A stretch of DNA of 64,000 bases from Octopus vulgaris. Lineage: Eukaryota. The notes below the pieces were generated by a model. That model saw only the letters and a program-made list of their open reading frames with translations, ran no database searches and was not told the DNA's origin. Below, piece by piece: positions 61,072 through 64,000 of the stretch. A program made the translations under genes and the position numbers. Numbering within the stretch: the first letter of the stretch is position 1; each line of letters opens with the position of its first letter. The stretch is taken from the NCBI GenBank assembly GCA_951406725.2, contig CATOCA020000001.1:10602001-10666000 (forward strand), read 5' to 3'.

Positions 61072-61119
<48 letters not shown>

Positions 61120-61182
61120 AATATATATATATTTATATAAATATATATATATATAAATATATATATTTATATATATATATAC

Positions 61183-61233
<51 letters not shown>

Positions 61234-61807
61234 TATATATATATTTAAATAATGAGGGAGATGAATTGAATATTAATTTAATTAATATCAATTTAAAACC
61301 AGTTGCCTAGCATAAAAAAGTCTGAAAAATCAGAGAAAATTCTAATATATGTGTATATTAAGAGCTAAAAACCACTATGTGGACAGCTATATGCTAGAAA
61401 TAGATCACCTACTATCAAACTACAAAGAAAGAATATTCTCTAGGGAACATTCTTTCTTTGTAGTTTGATTGTAGGTGATCTTATCGACTGGTCCCCTCCC
61501 CGAAAATTTTCGGGCCTTGTGTATGTATGTATGCGTGAGTGTATGTATGTATGTATGATCTATGTATATATGTTTCTGTGTGTGTATGTAAGATGCATGT
61601 ATATATGTTTCTTATTGTGTATACATGCAATTATGTATATTTCTATGTATGTATATGATTTGTATAAATGAAGAAAGTGAGAGAGAGCGGAAGAGAAGGA
61701 GAGAGACAGGAAAGATGAAAACTAAAAAAATAGGACTTCTTGGGAGTGATATATAAAATATTTATATATGTAAATAGAAAGAAACAAAACACTGATGAAC
61801 ATCCAAG

Positions 61808-61839
<32 letters not shown>

Positions 61840-61901
61840 AATGTATCTACGTATATACGTATGTAAATATATATATATTTATGTACATATATATGTATAT
61901 A

Positions 61902-61939
<38 letters not shown>

Positions 61940-61971
61940 TATATATATATATATACGTACATATATATATT

Positions 61972-62007
<36 letters not shown>

Positions 62008-62044
62008 CATACATACGTACATATATATATAAATATATATATAT

Positions 62045-62102
<58 letters not shown>

Positions 62103-62248
62103 AGAGAGAGAGGGGAGAGAGATAGAGAGAAAGAGAGAGTATGTCCCGAATTTAAGGCAATTGGGCTTAAATGACAATATATAAATGTGGTAAGTTGTGA
62201 AAATCATACAACATTATAAAAGTTTTGTGTCCCTTCCTTTTCTTTCAG

Positions 62249-62303
62249 ACTAAAGAAGTAAAGTTTTATTTATTAAGTAATGGCTACAGAACGAAATACA
62301 ATC
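62249..62303 (+). CDS. Candidate 55-nt exon, unit 4
   Basis: Identical to 56118-56172 with intact AG/GT. Confidence 0.4.
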
Positions 62304-62629
62304 GTAAGCCACAGTAATACACAGGCACACACACATACATGAATATATATTTGTAAATAAATATATCCCTACATATATGCATACATACATTCATAAATGG
62401 TTGCACACACCTAAACACTTGCACACAAATATACTCTTTTACTTGTTTCAGTCAGTTGACTGTGGCCATGCTGGAGCACCGCCTTTAATCGAGCAAATCG
62501 ACCCCGGGACTTATTCTTTTTGTAAGCCCGGTACTTATTCTATCGGTCTCTTTTTGCCGAACCGCTAAGTAACGGGGACGGAATCACACCAGCATCGGTT
62601 GTCAAGTAATACTAGGGGAACAAACACAG

Positions 62630-62670
<41 letters not shown>

Positions 62671-63151
62671 CGACAGGCTTCTTTCAGTTTCTGTCTACCA
62701 AATCCACTCACAAGGCATTGGACGGCCCGGGGCTATAGCAGAAAACTCTTGCCCAAGATGCCACGCAGTGGGACTGAACCCGGAACCATGTGGTTGGTTA
62801 TATATGTATGTATTTGCTTGCTTTTTAAGTCTAGTAGTTATTCTATCGGGAGCTTTGGCCGAACCGCAAAGTTACGGGGACCTAAACACAACAGCATTGG
62901 TTGTGAAGCGATAGTGCGTTGTTAAACGCTAGCACAAACACATATATATACATCCGATGGGCTTCTTTCGGTCAGCCCGTGGCTATAGAATAAGACACTC
63001 GCCAAAGGTGCCACGCAGTGAGATTGAACTCAGAACAATATGGTAGGCAAGCAAGCTTCTCACCACACAGCCACGTGTCACTTTTCAGCTTTCTATATAT
63101 GAATGTATATATTTGTATATATAAATATATTATGAGCACAAGTACATCGGG

Positions 63152-63232
<81 letters not shown>

Positions 63233-63496
63233 AGAGAGTGTGATAGATAGATATATATATACATACATACATGCGCATATATATACACATACACAAACAC
63301 AAAAAATCGAAACAGTCGCCCACACGCATGCACGGGCACACACACACATAGCCTCAATTACTGCTATGTCTTGATAACCACATATCCTGTTGGTATTATT
63401 TATAGCTATTTGCTGGGAGCCTACATTCTGGGTTCGAATTCTATTAATGCCAACACTACTTTATCATTTCAGGGTTGACGAAATAACAAGGATGAA

Positions 63497-63616
<120 letters not shown>

Positions 63617-63627
63617 TATATATTTGC

Positions 63628-63672
<45 letters not shown>

Positions 63673-63676
63673 TATA

Positions 63677-63724
<48 letters not shown>

Positions 63725-64000
63725 TACTTGCATGTATATAAATATATATATATACATACACATATACATACATATATATATATGCACACACACATATATA
63801 TATATATAAGTAAATATATAGATATATATATACACACATATATACATGTATATATATACACACACACATATATATATACATATATATATATAAATAAATA
63901 TATATATATATATATTGTTAAAATCATCATAGCATATTTCTAAGGAGTTGTTTTGCTGCTATTTCTAGCATTTAAATTGTCTTCCACAATGTCCTTCTTT

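Overview
AT-rich, microsatellite-saturated eukaryotic DNA. The SINE repertoire and (TA)n/(TACA)n/(TAGA)n load look like an Octopus (coleoid cephalopod) genome; this is pattern recognition, not a search result. Nearly all IYIY/HTHT/CVCV ORFs are microsatellite artefacts. 1-32.5 kb is a graveyard of decayed elements (Helitron, Tc1/mariner, Gypsy integrase, Penelope-like, CR1-like, Tx1/L1-like, four tRNA-derived SINE types). It includes a chimeric duplicate (14.7-19.8 kb = copy of 0.35-2.47 kb fused to a copy of 27.2-30.05 kb) and large AT-rich palindromes. From about 32.57 kb to the end is a young tandem array of at least 5 units (periods about 9341, 8583, 6138, 6133 bp). Each complete unit carries a CR1-like LINE 3' end, SINEs, a 78-bp palindrome and a candidate 55-nt exon. 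Units 1-2 end in a 5'-truncated Penelope-like retroelement (open RT + GIY-YIG ORF) with a minimal hammerhead-like ribozyme and an inverted pLTR piece at the unit junction. Units 3-4 lost it by a 2.4-kb deletion. Several splice-site-flanked micro-exons and a TATA/Inr first exon suggest an unidentified + strand host gene. No complete host gene, rRNA, true tRNA or CRISPR can be supported.
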